32,000 nt of DNA, taken from positions 1 through 32,000 of the forward strand of contig BAAFSQ010000012.1 of the NCBI GenBank assembly GCA_054661495.1, written 5' to 3'. The stretch is from Zygophlyctis sp. KS116 (Eukaryota; Fungi; Chytridiomycota). The translations under genes were made by a program, and so were the position numbers. The notes below the pieces were generated by a model that was not told where the DNA came from, ran no database searches, and was given only the letters and a program-made list of their open reading frames with translations. Numbering within the stretch: the first letter of the stretch is position 1; each line of letters starts with the position of its first letter. Below are positions 28,665-32,000 of this stretch, piece after piece.

Positions 28665-29589
28665 ATGTCCAATAATGCTCTATTAAAAGCTATTCAAAAG
28701 GGTGCTAGATTAAAAAAAGCTGAAACAAATGACAGATCTTCTCCTATAATAGAAAGTATATATATTTTTTAATCGTAGCAAAACCCGGAAGTGCTTCAAC
28801 TGTTCGTACAGCAGCTAAATTGTCTCCTTCAGCGATTAGACCTCCGAATAAATCTTCTCCTTCAATGGCTAGAACTGATGGACTATTTGCAGGAGGTATA
28901 CCGAAACTGAAGAAGAGAGGTAATTTGTCTTTAAAATTAACTAGAGATGATCCAGGAATCAGTGATGATAAACACATTTCTCCAAAATCTACCTCTCCAA
29001 ATTTGACAAGGAAAACGGTAATTTCTAAGTTGCCTTATTTTAGATGTCACCTCCTTCTCGTAGAGCAAGTAATGTCTCTTCTAATCCTCCAGCACCGCCT
29101 CCGCCTCCTCAATCATTTGCTTCTAATTCAGCTCCACCTCCACCTCTAGCACCACCTCTAGTACCACCACCAGCATCTAGAGGAAATGCACCTCCTCCAC
29201 CAGCTGCAAGGAGCAATGCGCCTCCACCTCCAGCATCAAGAGGGAATGTACCACCACCCCCAGTACCAAGAACTAATGCACCACCACCTCCAGTACCAAG
29301 ATCAAAACCAGCATCTCCACCAGCTCCACCAGCTCCTAGATCAAAACCAGCATCCCCGCCTGTTGTTAGACCTGTAGTGCCCAAACCATTATCTCCTGGA
29401 TTTTCCCCATCTGGATCTCCAATTCTTTCAAAGAAACCTACAGCTGCTAAATCAGGAAACGAAACAGAAGGTCGTTTTACTTTTAAACTTCAAACACCTT
29501 GTATAAGATTATTTCCATCTGGAGAATATCAGAATGAAAATCTTCCAAAAGTCAGGGCGCAGCCGCCACCTCCTCCAGTGCGTAGATAA
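28665..29589 (+). CDS. VRP1: Verprolin/WIP-like WH2, proline-rich actin regulator; introns 28756-28778 and 29018-29043 (28920-28946 uncertain)
   Basis: NALLKAIQKGARLKKAETNDRSSP (WH2), GLFAGGIPKLKK, poly-Pro repeats and EGRFTF near the C-terminus. Confidence 0.88.
29161..29360 (+). repeat. Coding tandem repeat with about 30-nt period (PPPP[A/V]xRxN[A/V]) in verprolin
   Basis: Repeated ccaccwccagyaycwaga..aatgca units. Confidence 0.8.
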
Positions 29590-29654
29590 TAATACTAGAT
29601 TGATTGCAATGAGTAATATATTATCCAATGATTTTTCTTTGGCTCGATTGAATA

Positions 29655-31295
29655 ATGATGGCTCTTTCCAAAGATCTTTTACGGCAAAAAATGTGAGTTT
29701 TTAGACTGTTGCTATTTAGCACTACTGCTCAGCATACTAGAGAATTTACTCTATTGGCTAATGCAGCGAATTTATAATGAAATAATTAACTTTTTAGAGT
29801 TTGCCTATAGCTTCGGTGATGAAAACGGAGCTGCGTGAACCAACACGATTCCTTTTGATTGTGGCACCTCAGATTTCAGCCTTGAAGGATATTGTAATTA
29901 TGGATTTCTAATCTTTAGCGATTTCCTGAAAGTCTTGCATTTCATCGGAACGTTTCCAAAGAGACTTGGCTGTTGGCTTTTTTCAACTTGGCAGATGCAT
30001 CGGATATAGCTGGGCAGCTATCAATTAAACTGAAATCTGTTAGATTTGTAGATAGTGATTTTGTTTTTTCTATTTTGGATACTTTAGCGCCTTCTTGGAT
30101 CTCTAATAATGAAGGCTGGGTAGCGATATCTGGAATGCAATCAGGAAGTTGTCAAAAGATAATGGTAAACAGCTTTACAATATTAAAAAATAGAATCTTA
30201 TTTTGCCTTTTGGGGCTACTAGATCCATTTACCAATCAGGGAAATTATGGTTTGTAGAATTCTTTGATCTACGAGATGCTGCTTCTACTGTTGAAAATCT
30301 TAATGGAACCGTTTTGCCAGTACTTTTTATTCTATTAATACTAGGGAAATGTAGTTTTGAATATGAGATTACACTTGACTAATGGGAAGAAGTGGGCGCA
30401 GCAACAAAACTCTTCAAAGAATTTACGTGCTCTTGTTGATATCTCAAATTTCCAGACCAAAAATTCAAATGTTTCTAAATTTGACAAGGTATGGCAGCCT
30501 ATAGGATCATCCTGGAAAACAGCTCAGAACTTGAAGATTGATGAGTCTATTTTGAAAAATGACTGGACATCAAAGAATAGATTAACAGGCAGATTTCTTG
30601 AGCCACAAATTCAAAACTATACAAAAGAGGATAAAGAAAACGTCTTTGTTAAATCTGTCGAAAAATCCTTGAATGATTGGGAAGGTTCCCTTGATAGCAT
30701 GATTATCAGTGAAGGAGGTCGTATTCAATCAAATGAGATTGACTTTGGATTGATTGGTAAATTACAAATTATAACTTATCTCTGTAGCATCTGGAAAGGA
30801 TTTAAGAAGTACATTTATGATTCGAAATATCCCAAACAAGTATACACAGCAAATGTTACTTGATTTTTTGAATGAAACTCACCGTGTAATTACTTTGAAC
30901 TAAAATCTTAGGGAACTTTTGATTTTCTTTATCTAAGAATGGACTTTAAAAACAAATGTAATGTTGGCTATGCATTTATAAATGTATTTCTTATTAAAAT
31001 AGTTAAAAAATAGTTTGCAAATCCAAAATCCATTTTATCTCTTGCTGATCGTATTCTTGGAAAAAAATGGAATCAATTTAATTCTGAAAAAGTTGCAACA
31101 CTTTGTTATGCAAATGTTCAAGGACGGGATTCTTTAATTCAAAAATTCCGTAATTCAAGTGTTATGTTGGAGGATTCTAGCTTTAGACCTAAATTGTTTT
31201 ATACTGTTGGCGATCGTGCTGGATCAGAAGAATCATTTCCTATTGGTCCAACTAAACTTAAATCAAAGTCTGATGTTTTATTTCGCCGTGAATAA
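29655..31295 (+). CDS. mei2: Mei2-like RRM protein; firm introns 29894-29918, 30165-30193, 30320-30344, 30757-30787, 30886-30911, 30984-31013; 5' exons and start uncertain (29655 or 29818)
   Basis: EPTRFLLI (RRM1), [10 protein letters not shown] (RRM2) and RRM3 [58 protein letters not shown]. Confidence 0.9.
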
Positions 31296-31993
31296 TCTCT
31301 TAAAGTTTCTTTTTAAATCTAAATACCATTTGAATAGTTTAGATTTCCAATTTTTATGAGCCAATAGTTCCATATTATGACATAGATTATGCACTATACA
31401 TTTTAAAACAGCTTGAACGATTTCAGCTTGATCCGATTCAATTTGGCTTGGCGGAACATGTATAAATAGTGCAGGAACACCGGTTTTCTGACACTGATAG
31501 AGAGCTTTGAAATATACAAATTCACAAAGATATAATCCAGCATCATGAGATATTTCAACTGCATCCAACCAGCCATTGAACTTTAAACATGCAATTAAAC
31601 AGTCTAATGTAAATCAACCATAAATACCAAGATCAATATCAGTTGTAATAGATGATTCTCCTAATCCAGCAATACATTCGTTCCCTGGAGGGAGCAATCC
31701 TCTTTCATCAGACTCTAAAAGTACCTTGTATCCGGCTTTAAATAACTTTTATTATGTGCCAAGGCCTCTAATCGCAAAGGACCATCATGTCCGACACCGA
31801 CATGAATAATCATATCCAAGTCTTTAGGATACTTCAACTCCAAAATACTCTCGTACTCTACCTCTAGCAAGAGTTTTGTAATTTCCCAACCAGGAACAGG
31901 ATCTATTCTCTTGACAGCCTCCCAGGAAGGATTAATGGAATAGTGCTTAAATGGACCATAACCGGTTATCAATAATCTTTTCTTTGGGATCAT
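31278..31993 (-). CDS. Pyroglutamyl-peptidase I (C15), 2 introns (31702-31724, 31604-31627)
   Basis: LITGYGPF..NPSW, IHVGV, RLEALAHN, SHDAGLYLCEFVY and LFIHVP (Glu-Cys-His triad). Confidence 0.93.
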
Positions 31994-32000
31994 CAGTAAA

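Noticed and set aside
28920-28946. Additional verprolin intron
   Set aside because: The 25-nt TAG acceptor causes a frameshift and stop, and the in-frame 27-nt version needs an atypical GAG acceptor. Left as uncertain and not counted.
29109-29384. Gly-rich minus-strand ORF and His/Gln-rich alternate-frame ORF (29186-29377)
   Set aside because: Shadows of the verprolin poly-Pro (CCA/CCT) repeats.

Overview
Eukaryotic, AT-rich and extremely compact region: about 22 protein-coding genes in 32 kb. The gene set points to an early-diverging, chytrid-like fungus (inference). It includes SRPK/Sky1, an EVI5/Gyp5-type TBC RabGAP, Pep7/Vac1, Erg10, ChaC, fimbrin, Rqc1/TCF25, Snf2/Sth1, Laa2-like, verprolin and Mei2-like genes. 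The fragmented ORF track is explained by spliceosomal introns. I reconstructed 68 by hand (plus about 3 uncertain), and all are only 23-33 nt long. Most donors lack the usual +5G, AAG acceptors are common, and a minimal branch motif lies about 7-10 nt from the 3' end. Intergenic gaps are tiny: 1 nt and 11 nt between same-strand genes, 3-33 nt or true overlaps between convergent genes, and possibly overlapping start codons in one divergent pair. Other notable items are a stathmin-like gene, a DnaQ-like DEDDh exonuclease abutting PEP7, and recurrent CpG-containing promoter motifs. I found no rRNA, tRNA, CRISPR array or mobile element. All gene models are manual and are not validated by transcript data.
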